A DNA stretch of 20,000 nucleotides, taken from an uncultured virus (IMG/VR IMGVR_UViG_3300037493_002973). Its lineage: Duplodnaviria; Heunggongvirae; Uroviricota; Caudoviricetes. Location: IMG/VR virus record IMGVR_UViG_3300037493_002973; one strand, written 5' to 3'. A program made the translations under genes and the position numbers. Below the pieces are notes generated by a model, which was not told where the DNA came from, made no database searches, and saw nothing but the letters and a program-made list of their open reading frames with translations. This document shows positions 1-8,325 of this stretch, piece by piece. Each line of letters begins with the position of its first letter. The stretch's first letter is position 1.

Positions 1-135
1 CACGTCAATTTCGTTTGGGTTGTAATAATCGGGAACAAAATATCCACCGCTTAATCTGCTCCCGTATTCAAAATGCACGGCTAATTCAAGTTCAAAATTT
101 ATCTCCTCAAAGTAGATAGTTACGGTGTTTATCAT
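1..135 (-). CDS. hypothetical protein, partial (runs off window start)
   Basis: Manual translation MINTVTIYFEEINFELELAVHFEYGSRLSGGYFVPDYYNPNEIDV is open to position 1; its ATG overlaps the upstream TGA (ATGA at 135-132). Confidence 0.6.
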   Translation of the reverse strand, partial: MINTVTIYFEEINFELELAVHFEYGSRLSGGYFVPDYYNPNEIDV

Positions 136-518
136 TTCTTAAATTTTATGCGTTTATACTCTTTTAAAATCTCCTCGTCAATCCCTACAAGTTTCCTCAA
201 AACGATTTCCATAAGAACCTTCCCCGCTAATCCTGGTTGAGACTTATCTAAAATCCCCAACAAAACCATCCTTTGTGTCAACTGCGTAAGGACTGCCATT
301 TGCCCTGAGTCGGGAACTTGGTAGCGTAGGGTCTTGTAAACCTTCTTGGAAGATAAAATCTCGGAGAGTAGTTCGTTCTCGTTCGAGGGCGCTAATTTTA
401 TCTCTAAGCGAGGTATTTTCTTTCTTACTTTCTTCATGTCGTTGCTTCTCAAGGTTATATTTTGACCTCCAATTACTAATCTTTTCAGGAGCCAATCCGT
501 TAGCGATATTTCCCACAA
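132..518 (-). CDS. hypothetical protein, start uncertain (probably shorter than called)
   Basis: Stop is coupled (ATGA) to the next gene, but the ORF overlaps 244..891 in another frame; in-frame ATGs at 299, 269 and 212 are alternative starts. Confidence 0.35.
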   Translation of the reverse strand: MWEISLTDWLLKRLVIGGQNITLRSNDMKKVRKKIPRLEIKLAPSNENELLSEILSSKKVYKTLRYQVPDSGQMAVLTQLTQRMVLLGILDKSQPGLAGKVLMEIVLRKLVGIDEEILKEYKRIKFKK

Positions 519-891
519 GCTCCATAGTGTCTTTCCCTACGATTTTTGCAAGAAAGGCAATCTGTCTAAGAGTAAGGTCAATAGGGTGCAGAAGTTTCTC
601 CTCTGCTTCTTTTATTGCCAATTCCTCCTTTGTATTCTCTTGTTTAATAAGCAAACCCATCTTATTCATTCCCGATAAGTAAGCCTCTCTACGGGTTACG
701 TTATCGCCCCTATCCCCGAACTTCTTAGATAACTCTTCCCGTATACTCATGTCGGGAATACTTACTTGTTTGAAGTTGGAAGTTGCCGCAAGGATAGCCT
801 TTGCTAAGGTTTCTTTTGGGGGCAACTTCCTACGGGAAAGTATGACGGAAATAACGTAGTTAGGTGCTTTGGAGATGGTGTAGAAACTCAT
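244..891 (-). CDS. hypothetical protein with C-terminal coiled coil
   Basis: 215-aa ORF with ATGA overlap to the upstream gene at 888-891; heptad-like stretch LEKQRHEESKKENTSLRDKISALERERTTLRD. Confidence 0.75.
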   Translation of the reverse strand: MSFYTISKAPNYVISVILSRRKLPPKETLAKAILAATSNFKQVSIPDMSIREELSKKFGDRGDNVTRREAYLSGMNKMGLLIKQENTKEELAIKEAEEKLLHPIDLTLRQIAFLAKIVGKDTMELVGNIANGLAPEKISNWRSKYNLEKQRHEESKKENTSLRDKISALERERTTLRDFIFQEGLQDPTLPSSRLRANGSPYAVDTKDGFVGDFR

Positions 892-1289
892 TTGCTTTTC
901 AATTTAATCTTCATACTTCTACTGGCATCCTCATGGATTCTCCTAAAAATATCTTTAGAGAGAATATCTGAATAGCGATTCATTCCGTATTTCAACCAAG
1001 TTTCAAACTTTTCTATCCTTCGCTGTTCAGCATGGATATGAGTGTCGGTTTCCTTAGATAGGCAATACTTTGTGTCTGCCGTTCCGACAACTTTTCCGAA
1101 TACTATTCCTGCATCCTGCAATTCATCCAAGCGACCTGTAACGGTGTGAACCTTCACTCCAAGGTATACAGACAGTTCTTTTGCCGTTAGCCCGTTAGAA
1201 CTATCCGTAATAGCTTTTCTTACTCGGGACTTTATGCTCGGGAGCTTTGGCGTTACAAACTCTAAGGCTTTTTGGCGTTCTTGTGTCAT
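888..1289 (-). CDS. winged helix-turn-helix DNA-binding protein (MarR-like)
   Basis: Motif GLTAKELSVYLGVKVHTVTGRLDELQDAGIV is typical of wHTH; has its own promoter upstream. Confidence 0.75.
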   Translation of the reverse strand: MTQERQKALEFVTPKLPSIKSRVRKAITDSSNGLTAKELSVYLGVKVHTVTGRLDELQDAGIVFGKVVGTADTKYCLSKETDTHIHAEQRRIEKFETWLKYGMNRYSDILSKDIFRRIHEDASRSMKIKLKSK

Positions 1290-1311
1290 AGGGTTAATTT
1301 CTAATGAGCAA

Positions 1312-1341
1312 CAAAGTTAGTATTATCTTTTGAATACGAAA
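1312..1341 (-). promoter_or_regulatory. Bacteroidota primary-sigma-type promoter
   Basis: Intergenic -7 box TAACTTTG (1319-1312) matches TAnnTTTG; upstream TTTCG..TATTCAAAA context is shared with the promoter at 12966. Confidence 0.65.
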
Positions 1342-1349
1342 GAACTTTA

Positions 1350-1571
1350 TTAAACTTTTTTAGGGATTATTTTACTGTATTCAGTCGTTTCCTTCAGCTC
1401 TCCGAATCCATTATTAGCCATTACAATTTTCTTGTGCAATGGATACCCCGTTTTACCTACAAGGTAAAAATTTGCGGCTACATGTTCCATTTTAAACATA
1501 GCCCAACAATCAAATCTATTAAGGGAGTAACCCCTATCTAAAAACCAAATAAGTACATTGGGTGCTGTCAT
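1350..1571 (-). CDS. small HTH protein (HTH_39-like)
   Basis: Pattern LxxGxSLxxxDxxxxFxxxxVAAxxxxVxxxGYxLxxxxVxxxNxxGExxxxxEY resembles phage HTH_39 winged-helix proteins; ATGA-coupled start. Confidence 0.5.
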   Translation of the reverse strand: MTAPNVLIWFLDRGYSLNRFDCWAMFKMEHVAANFYLVGKTGYPLHKKIVMANNGFGELKETTEYSKIIPKKV

Positions 1572-1774
1572 TTCTTATCCTTTCTAAATTCTCTTACATT
1601 GTCCTCGGAAATGAGTTTCTTAGAACGTACTCCTCCTTCGTAGATATATTCCCCATTTACTTTAATGTGATAGAAGTATTTTCCCGTAAGGCAATACACG
1701 GCAGTAACCTCGTATTTAGTCCCATCGGTATTCTCCCATTTGAGTCCTGTTGGGAGGTGCTTTAGTGTAGCCAT
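1568..1774 (-). CDS. hypothetical protein
   Basis: 68-aa ORF tightly packed between its neighbours. Confidence 0.7.
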   Translation of the reverse strand: MATLKHLPTGLKWENTDGTKYEVTAVYCLTGKYFYHIKVNGEYIYEGGVRSKKLISEDNVREFRKDKK

Positions 1775-2368
1775 TTACCCGTTTATCCGTTCAAATTTCA
1801 CCCATCCAACCATATCGAGATCTTCCATAAAGTTATTCTTTTGCCCCCTCTTGCCGACATAATGCCAAAGAGTTCTATTCTGTTTCCCGTGCCCGTTCTG
1901 TATTGCATGGGATATGAATGGAGGATTCAATATGCGGTGTATTTTCTCTTCATGTATTCTCAAGGGATTTCCTGTAATGCCGTCCAGGAGAAAGTCGTAG
2001 GAATTTTCCTCCTTCATTTGCTGCCTACCTTTTTCCGTTAGGGCAAACAGAAGGGAGCCATCCTTGCATTCCGTTACAAGTGCATAATCAGATTTCCCGT
2101 ATAAGTTCCCTATTTCGGAAACATTCTCGGAGATGAACTTTGTAAGGAGTGCAAATTGGGGCACTTCTCCGAATATCTCGTAAGCGCCTACTGGCTTGGA
2201 AGATAGGTCGAGGAATCTGAGGTGAACAAACCTTCCTTTATTCGTGCTGTTTGTAACGATTTGAAGCCCTACAACATCTATGTGTGGACCGTTGAAGCGA
2301 ATCCTCGGGAGAGGTAACTCGAAGTCTAACTGCGGAGGAGTAAAATCCTCAAGGTCGTATTGGGTCAT
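1775..2368 (-). CDS. hypothetical protein (start revised to 2368, 197 aa)
   Basis: ATG at 2368 forms an ATGA overlap with the methyltransferase stop, removing the 70-nt overlap of the 2434 call. Confidence 0.7.
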   Translation of the reverse strand: MTQYDLEDFTPPQLDFELPLPRIRFNGPHIDVVGLQIVTNSTNKGRFVHLRFLDLSSKPVGAYEIFGEVPQFALLTKFISENVSEIGNLYGKSDYALVTECKDGSLLFALTEKGRQQMKEENSYDFLLDGITGNPLRIHEEKIHRILNPPFISHAIQNGHGKQNRTLWHYVGKRGQKNNFMEDLDMVGWVKFERING

Positions 2369-3183
2369 TTCTCCCATTGTTCTGTAATTTTTAACTGTTC
2401 TATTTTGAAATAAACTCTCGCTATGTTCCTCCAATCTTTTACATAAATTGGCATCAATATTTTTTTATTTCGTTCTCCAATTTTGATGATATGCTTTACT
2501 AAATTATCAGTTGTAAAATCTTCAAGTTTTTCAATTCCGTAATATCTACGCACAAAATCAAGCCTTTTAAACCTTTTGTGCCCAAGTTCTCCAAGAGTAA
2601 TTACCAGTCCTTTTTTTGCCATCTTAATTGATAAATCAAAGCAATCATAAGCACTTCCAAACGGGTCTAAATCTACAAGGTCATATTTATTTCCTCCTGC
2701 ATATTGCATACAGCAAAAAGTCAAAGCATCATAATTGTAATCTGTACTAAACGAAACTTCTACATCATTAGTCACAATTTTTTTAATCCCATAAGTTTCG
2801 TAAGCGCTTTTGCTCCCTGAAAAAACATCTAAAACGCTATCAATTTTAATTTCAGCAATAAACTTTTCGTTTGTGCTATATTTCTCTGCTCGATGCGGGT
2901 CATTATACGTTTTATTTGCCTTTCCCAATCTTTTCATCTTAATTGAAACCTGTGTAATATCTCTGTCAATACATTCTGCAATCTGTTTTGTGTTAAGACC
3001 TTTTTCTTTTAACATATTTACCCATTCAATTTCTTTTTCCGTCCATTTACGAGGTTGGAATTTAGTTAAACCTCCATTTTTAGTGTGCTCTCCCTTATAC
3101 TCGGGTGGCATTAAATATGGATTAGTAAAAATGTCCATGAAAATTGGGGTGTCTGTTTTTGAATAAAGTTTATCATTTCCCAT
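2365..3183 (-). CDS. N-terminal HTH/Myb-like domain fused to a class I SAM-dependent methyltransferase, Trm1-like catalytic domain
   Basis: RKWTEKEIEW..GLNTKQIAECIDRDITQVSIKMKRL (HTH); VLDVFSGS (motif I), TND, DA, YDLVDLDPFGS (Trm1-type motif IV), GLVIT; start TGATG-coupled to the nuclease stop. Confidence 0.75.
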   Translation of the reverse strand: MGNDKLYSKTDTPIFMDIFTNPYLMPPEYKGEHTKNGGLTKFQPRKWTEKEIEWVNMLKEKGLNTKQIAECIDRDITQVSIKMKRLGKANKTYNDPHRAEKYSTNEKFIAEIKIDSVLDVFSGSKSAYETYGIKKIVTNDVEVSFSTDYNYDALTFCCMQYAGGNKYDLVDLDPFGSAYDCFDLSIKMAKKGLVITLGELGHKRFKRLDFVRRYYGIEKLEDFTTDNLVKHIIKIGERNKKILMPIYVKDWRNIARVYFKIEQLKITEQWEK

Positions 3184-3899
3184 CACGAAAATTGTTTAGT
3201 ACATGTATTCCGATACCCGCAAACAGCATTACAGAAATACCCGTTGTCCTTCATTGGGTAATCCCCCGAATAGGCTTCTATTTCTGAAACCATTTTATCT
3301 GCCCAATCCCAAGCTTCTATGTAGTCCTCTACTTTAAAAGGAACTATTAACGGAAGTTTCTGCCTGAAGTGAAAGAAGATTAAACGTTCGGGAAATTTCC
3401 CAAACTCCTCCTTAACGGCAGTACTGTAAAGATACAACTGACGGGCTTTCTCCTTCAACTTAGCCCCTTCGTAGGGCTTCGCGCATTTGTAATCTGTAAG
3501 GATTAAATTACCGTTTGTAGATGAAAGTCCTAATCGGTCTACATATCCTTGGAATAGGTAATTATCCCTTTGCAGAAGTACGTGCTGTTCTACCCAAATA
3601 GCTTCCGTGCTGAATCCCTTGAAGGTCTTGAAGAAGTTATCTGCTTCCTTCTTCCAGTTATCCATCCAAGAAATTTCGTGGGGTAGACCTACTTCGATTG
3701 GGTATCTATTGTTCCACTCCGTAAAGGCATACTCAGGGGATATTTCTTTTAGGTCTAACTTTTCAAAAATTTCGTGACCAAGAGTTCCGAAGCGGCTAAA
3801 GAAATTATCCTCTCCCTTATCCCCATCTATGTAGTTATTCTTCCATGCTCTTTTGCATGTGTCCCAAGAACTAAGGCGGCTAAAACTGAACGTGGTCAT
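3183..3899 (-). CDS. PD-(D/E)XK exonuclease, Cas4/RecB(AddB)-like, probable Fe-S cluster
   Basis: SFSRLSSWDTC, GTLGHEIFE, E..GYVDRL..LTDYK, QLYLY motifs; one N-terminal Cys plus C-terminal CNAVCGYRNTC. Confidence 0.9.
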   Translation of the reverse strand: MTTFSFSRLSSWDTCKRAWKNNYIDGDKGEDNFFSRFGTLGHEIFEKLDLKEISPEYAFTEWNNRYPIEVGLPHEISWMDNWKKEADNFFKTFKGFSTEAIWVEQHVLLQRDNYLFQGYVDRLGLSSTNGNLILTDYKCAKPYEGAKLKEKARQLYLYSTAVKEEFGKFPERLIFFHFRQKLPLIVPFKVEDYIEAWDWADKMVSEIEAYSGDYPMKDNGYFCNAVCGYRNTCTKQFS

Positions 3900-3929
3900 A
3901 TTCTTAGTGCTAATAACATTAGGGCAAGG

Positions 3930-4454
3930 TTAATTAGTTCTTTCTACTATTATTTTATTCTCTATTGCATTGAATAGCTGAATAAAGTATCGCTTATTCT
4001 TATCGGTTACATCCCCCGTGTAACTCTCGTAAGTCCTTCCGTTAGTCATTCGGATCTTAGACATAGGCTGCGTTTTCAATAACTTCATATCTGAATCCGA
4101 TATGTTGAAATAAGCATTCCCTTTACAATTGAATTTTTGAGCAGATTTTTTAATAATCTTTTCTCCATTTTCAAAGAGGATAATCATTTCATCATTCTCA
4201 TTGCATCCACCAATGCCAACCATTGTGACTGCAATCCATTCAAATAGTAAGTTCTCTTTTAGAACTGGAGTAACCTTGAATCCTTTTGTTCGCGTTTCAT
4301 TTGCGCAAACAAAATCTCTATTGGGGTAGACGTAAATCTCTCCACTCATAGCATCGGTATTTTTCACCACATGAACGCTATCCGTTTGGCTAAAGGTTAG
4401 TGAAGTAATAAAACATAAGGCAATTGCAACTGTCATTTTTTTAAGATTGTTCAT
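3930..4454 (-). CDS. secreted/periplasmic hypothetical protein
   Basis: Signal peptide KKMTVAIALCFITSLTFS followed by Gln (Bacteroidota Q-rule); mature region has Cys residues able to form a disulfide. Confidence 0.75.
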   Translation of the reverse strand: MNNLKKMTVAIALCFITSLTFSQTDSVHVVKNTDAMSGEIYVYPNRDFVCANETRTKGFKVTPVLKENLLFEWIAVTMVGIGGCNENDEMIILFENGEKIIKKSAQKFNCKGNAYFNISDSDMKLLKTQPMSKIRMTNGRTYESYTGDVTDKNKRYFIQLFNAIENKIIVERTN

Positions 4455-4525
4455 TTTTTTAATTGTTAAATGGTTTAAGTTTTTTATTCTTTACAAGGAC
4501 TACTACACAAAATTCTAAATCGTTA

Positions 4526-5746
4526 TTATTTCATTTCACTACTTACCCTACGGAGACCCTCTATCCATTTCTTCTGCATAGATATAAAACTAGAAACTAC
4601 TTCAATACCTTTATCGGATACACATGTAGGAACAGTAATAGATTCAAACGCATTAGCCAACTCCTTAATTTTATCTGAGTCGGAGCCCTGCAACAGAAGT
4701 GATTTCCGAGCTTCCTCCGCATCCTTCAAGCGTTGCTCTTCGTCAAGTTTCTCTTGGGCTAACCTTTTTTGTTCTAAGATAGAATCCTCTAAGGCTTTTT
4801 GCGCGGCTTTCTCTCGGTTCTCTGCATCAATTCTAAGTTGAATGAGCTTGTCTTGTTCTTTTTTAGCTGCTGCTTGTGCAAATGCTGCGGCTTGTTCTTG
4901 AGCAAGACGTTCCTCTTCTAACTTCCTTTGTATAGCATTAAGTTCGTCTTGCGCTTTCTTTTCTGCTAATGCTGCTACTTCTGCTTTCTCTCGCTGTTCC
5001 TTCAAGAAGGATTCTATTCGGATTTTTTCTTCTTCAGCTTCTCTATGTAGCCTTGCGGTTTCTGCAATTTGATTCTCATGTGCTGAGATTCCGTTTTGTA
5101 GGATTTTATTGAAAGCCTTTTCAGTTAACTTCTCCCAAAGTATCGCCTCGTAGTTCTCTATGTAGAGTTCGTACTTGGCAGTAGCCGACATTCTTTCTAC
5201 GCGAATCCTTTGCAAGGCAATCCGTTCTTGTTCTGCTTGGTAATCCTTACGTTTTTGCTCGAAGTATTTCTCCCAAGCATCTTCCGTCATTTCTCCTAAG
5301 AAGGTGTCGGGGTATTCAACTCCATATCCGAATAGAATTGTTCCTCTTGTTTCCTGGAGTTCAGCAATCCTTGCGGCTTCTTGGCGTTCTGCATATTCTT
5401 CAATCTCCCGAAGTTTCTCCTCGCATGACATAAGGAACTCTCTTGGCAGTCTTTCAAGGGTATCTATTGCCTTTCCCTCCAAGTTTACATCTTCCTTTAA
5501 TTGAGCGTGGATTCCTTTCAATCCGTCTTTACCCCGTAATGGAACCATTTTAAGGCGTAATACACGGGCATCCTTTGCTGCTTTCTGAGTGAATACCGTA
5601 ACGTCTGAACCCGTAATGGATTCATATTCGGGCATTAAGTCTTGTATCTGCTCGTAAACAGGCGTGTAGGCATTCATAATAGCTTCCTTACGGGATTCAG
5701 GAAGGTTTAAATCAATACGGGGCACGAAGGTTATTTCTGTTGTCAT
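4526..5746 (-). CDS. long coiled-coil phage protein
   Basis: 406 aa, E/K/A/Q-rich helical C-terminal half; N-terminal ARVLRLKM..LKED..EGKAID pattern resembles proteins of phage recombination modules. Confidence 0.85.
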   Translation of the reverse strand: MTTEITFVPRIDLNLPESRKEAIMNAYTPVYEQIQDLMPEYESITGSDVTVFTQKAAKDARVLRLKMVPLRGKDGLKGIHAQLKEDVNLEGKAIDTLERLPREFLMSCEEKLREIEEYAERQEAARIAELQETRGTILFGYGVEYPDTFLGEMTEDAWEKYFEQKRKDYQAEQERIALQRIRVERMSATAKYELYIENYEAILWEKLTEKAFNKILQNGISAHENQIAETARLHREAEEEKIRIESFLKEQREKAEVAALAEKKAQDELNAIQRKLEEERLAQEQAAAFAQAAAKKEQDKLIQLRIDAENREKAAQKALEDSILEQKRLAQEKLDEEQRLKDAEEARKSLLLQGSDSDKIKELANAFESITVPTCVSDKGIEVVSSFISMQKKWIEGLRRVSSEMK

Positions 5747-5757
5747 AGCTTTTAGTT

Positions 5758-5943
5758 TTAATCGTTAAAAAATCTCTTCCTTACCCTCACTTGCCACCCC
5801 AAGTCATACACGTTAGGTCTTCCTTTCGCGACATCCTTGTATTGTTCCTCCGTAACTGCCTTTTCATTTGCCTTGCGGAGAAACGTGTTGATGAATAGTA
5901 GGGGATTATTCTTGAAGTGTTCCAAAATCGGTTTGCGTTTCAT
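5758..5943 (-). CDS. hypothetical protein
   Basis: 61-aa ORF with A/C-rich leader that fills the gap between neighbours. Confidence 0.55.
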   Translation of the reverse strand: MKRKPILEHFKNNPLLFINTFLRKANEKAVTEEQYKDVAKGRPNVYDLGWQVRVRKRFFND

Positions 5944-6121
5944 GTGTTGTTGGTTTAATTAGTCCATCAATTTCTGCATCCATAATTATTGACTCTCGAA
6001 TGGCGTTGTATTGGTCTACCGAAAAGATGTGCGACCAATGCTCCTTTCCATTTCTACAGGAAATCTTTACTTGATACGATGCAGGAAACTTATCTATCGT
6101 AACGTTTACTTGCTTGCTCAT
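5906..6121 (-). CDS. hypothetical protein
   Basis: 71-aa ORF starting 3 nt after the upstream stop. Confidence 0.6.
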   Translation of the reverse strand: MSKQVNVTIDKFPASYQVKISCRNGKEHWSHIFSVDQYNAIRESIIMDAEIDGLIKPTTHETQTDFGTLQE

Positions 6122-6124
6122 GCC

Positions 6125-6553
6125 TTAAATTTTAGAGACACTTAACGAAGCTGCTGCGTAGGAAACTATTGCAGGCTCTATTTCGATAATCTCCCCTGTA
6201 TTCTCGTCAATGTACTGACCTGAACCCTTTTCGGAAGCCACTTTAGCCAACTCCTCGATTTCCTTTAAGGCATCGTTAGTTTTCTTCCAAGCGGAGATAT
6301 GGTCAAACTTAAACATCCGTCTTCCCTGTTGGAACTTGAACTTGAATCCCTTGTAGGCTACCTCTCCTTTCTCTGCGGAGTGTCCCATTGCGGCTTCTAT
6401 TGCTTCTGCCTTAACGCCTTTCTCAATAGATTCCAATGCCTTTCTCAAGGTTTGGATAATCGCATAGGTTTCCATCGCATCGGCTTCTCCTTCGGACACT
6501 TGCATTGCAAGGTCTAATAGGTGTTCTTCTACTTCGTTTTGATTGAATTTCAT
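6125..6553 (-). CDS. phage hypothetical protein next to the SSB-like gene (start revised to 6553, 142 aa)
   Basis: ATG at 6553 follows an A/C-rich leader; the called GTG at 6589 lies inside the tRNA-like element. C-terminal IDENTGEII motif is common in phage recombination-module proteins. Confidence 0.75.
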   Translation of the reverse strand: MKFNQNEVEEHLLDLAMQVSEGEADAMETYAIIQTLRKALESIEKGVKAEAIEAAMGHSAEKGEVAYKGFKFKFQQGRRMFKFDHISAWKKTNDALKEIEELAKVASEKGSGQYIDENTGEIIEIEPAIVSYAAASLSVSKI

Positions 6554-6586
6554 TGTGTTTGTTTTGGTTTGGTTAATAATTAAAAA

Positions 6587-6660
6587 CACGCAAGGAGGGG
6601 TCGAACCTCATCTCTTCTTACCTATTTCTAGGTGCGTTCTACCTTTGAACTACTTACGTG
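6587..6660 (-). ncRNA. tRNA-like element (pseudo-tRNA with non-canonical anticodon arm)
   Basis: CACGTAAG-TA-GTTC AAAGGTA GAAC-GC-ACCTA GAAA TAGGT-AAGAAGAGAT-GAGG TTCGACC CCTC-CTTGCGTG: acceptor stem, D arm with GG and T arm with TTCGA are all present; intergenic. Confidence 0.7.
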
Positions 6661-6669
6661 TGTACTATA

Positions 6670-7491
6670 TCAGAACGGACACGAATCCTCCTCTATTCCG
6701 TTACTTCCCTCGAAGTTCACTTGATGGACTTCCTGCTGTTGTCTTGACGGGATTCCTTGCGCTGCTTGTTGCGGCAGTTCCTGTTTAGGCGTTTCCTTCG
6801 GGGCTTCTTGCTCTTGAACTGGCGGTGTTGTATTTACGGCATTCGTAGAGAAGTACTGAGTTAAGTACTCTGTAACTTTCTGTGTAAGAACATCCGCTTG
6901 GGCATTCGTTTCGGGAGATACTTCTTTAGTTACGAAAGTTGGAACAACGTAGTTTACCGAACCTTTCTGCTTCTCGGTAACATGGCTAACCATTACTGCG
7001 GTGTTGTAAATAGCGGTTGCCTTTCCTGTTGACTTGGCAAGGGCTGTTGACAAATCTCCGAACGCCATAAGGCTTGTTGAAGATAGTTCTACTACAGCAA
7101 GTTCCAAAACTCCATTTACTTTAATCGCTGCGTATAAGTTTGCTACAAATCCGACCTTCCTTGTTTCGCAAAGTTCCTTAATATCCTTCCAAAGTCCTTT
7201 AGCAAAGATATTACCTTGATTGTCCTTCACCTCAATCTCCTCTGTTCTCGTATCGAGTACTTCGTTGGAGTAATACCCCATTTGTTTCGGTTCGTAGTAA
7301 CCTGAAGCCCCCTGTGTACGGAGAAGAGGTAGGAAGATGAAATCCTTTATTGTAATCTCAGACTTCTGTTTGGTGGTCTTGTCGAATGCTTTCCAAAATC
7401 CTTTTCCTCCGTTCCAACTTACGCGGAAACGTGCGGGGTGAATGTTGGTGTCTACATCGTTAATTCTGCTTGGAATGTTTAGTACTGACAT
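6670..7491 (-). CDS. putative single-stranded DNA-binding protein
   Basis: Beta-rich N-terminal domain, Q/P/E-rich linker and acidic tail ending EEDSCPF (SSB-type tail); located in the recombination/replication block. Confidence 0.65.
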   Translation of the reverse strand: MSVLNIPSRINDVDTNIHPARFRVSWNGGKGFWKAFDKTTKQKSEITIKDFIFLPLLRTQGASGYYEPKQMGYYSNEVLDTRTEEIEVKDNQGNIFAKGLWKDIKELCETRKVGFVANLYAAIKVNGVLELAVVELSSTSLMAFGDLSTALAKSTGKATAIYNTAVMVSHVTEKQKGSVNYVVPTFVTKEVSPETNAQADVLTQKVTEYLTQYFSTNAVNTTPPVQEQEAPKETPKQELPQQAAQGIPSRQQQEVHQVNFEGSNGIEEDSCPF

Positions 7492-7532
7492 GGTTACTTG
7501 GTTTGATTGGTTGGTTTAATTGTTTTGGTTAA

Positions 7533-7724
7533 TTATGTTAGGTACACTATTTCAATTTGTAATCGTTCTCCTTCTTCATTTTCAATAAAAGTTTCTGCAT
7601 ATTCAACTGAATCGTACAAGTGGGCGAATCTTGGATCTTCTTCCCATAAATGGTATTTCCAAAACGCATAACCTGAGAAGTATTTCTTGGTATTAAAATT
7701 TTTTACTACGAATTTTTTCTGCAT
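7533..7724 (-). CDS. hypothetical protein
   Basis: 63-aa ORF with ATG start between neighbours. Confidence 0.65.
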   Translation of the reverse strand: MQKKFVVKNFNTKKYFSGYAFWKYHLWEEDPRFAHLYDSVEYAETFIENEEGERLQIEIVYLT

Positions 7725-7749
7725 TTCATTATTTATTAAAGGTTAGTTA

Positions 7750-8256
7750 CTATCGTTCTACCCTATGTGGAGAATGTTTATATTCCTCCATAAGGTTCTT
7801 AATTTTTTGGTGTATGGTCATTTTCTGACCTTCCACTACTGTCCTGAATCCCCTCAAGTCCGTATATAAGTCCTCGTACTCATTCCTTGCCTTTCTTGCA
7901 AGGCGAAGTTCATCTCGGAGTTTCCTTGTAGATATTGCTGCAAGTTTATCTGCCTTACCCATCGGGATCCCCTCATTGTTACTCAAGCGCAAGGCTTCTC
8001 TTGCCTCTTCCACCTTAACAATCTCCGTACAAATTTCTATGTGTGTTTTAGCAGTAGTAATAAATGGGAGAATGGATTGTTCTTCTTCCTGGAGGTAGGT
8101 TAAGTAACCTGAGTACTGCTGTACGATTTCTATTAAGTAGCCTATATCGTTGCTATTCTCTACCTCTACCCAAAGAGACTTAATTTCCTCTCTAATGGTT
8201 CTCACTTGTGGGAGTCCGTGCGCTGTCATGTCGTTGTCTGTTGTAGGAAGTTCCAT
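7750..8256 (-). CDS. helical hypothetical protein
   Basis: 168-aa ORF that looks all-helical/coiled-coil. Confidence 0.75.
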   Translation of the reverse strand: MELPTTDNDMTAHGLPQVRTIREEIKSLWVEVENSNDIGYLIEIVQQYSGYLTYLQEEEQSILPFITTAKTHIEICTEIVKVEEAREALRLSNNEGIPMGKADKLAAISTRKLRDELRLARKARNEYEDLYTDLRGFRTVVEGQKMTIHQKIKNLMEEYKHSPHRVER

Positions 8257-8325
8257 TTGTGGTTCCTTGTCGTTTGTAAAAGTAAGATTAATTTCTTTAA
8301 TGTAACTAAAAGTGTGAAATTATTT

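Noticed and set aside
6587..6660. Calling this a functional tRNA (Phe GAA or Ser AGA)
   Set aside because: No 5-bp stem with a 7-nt loop and U33 can be drawn around either triplet, and the T stem is one pair short.
7750..8256. UvsY-like recombination mediator call
   Set aside because: Only general helical character and position next to the SSB-like gene support it; no specific motif recognised.
8277..8284. Possible promoter TACTTTTA upstream of 7750..8256
   Set aside because: Mismatch at the conserved final G of TAnnTTTG in very AT-rich DNA; plausible but unsupported.
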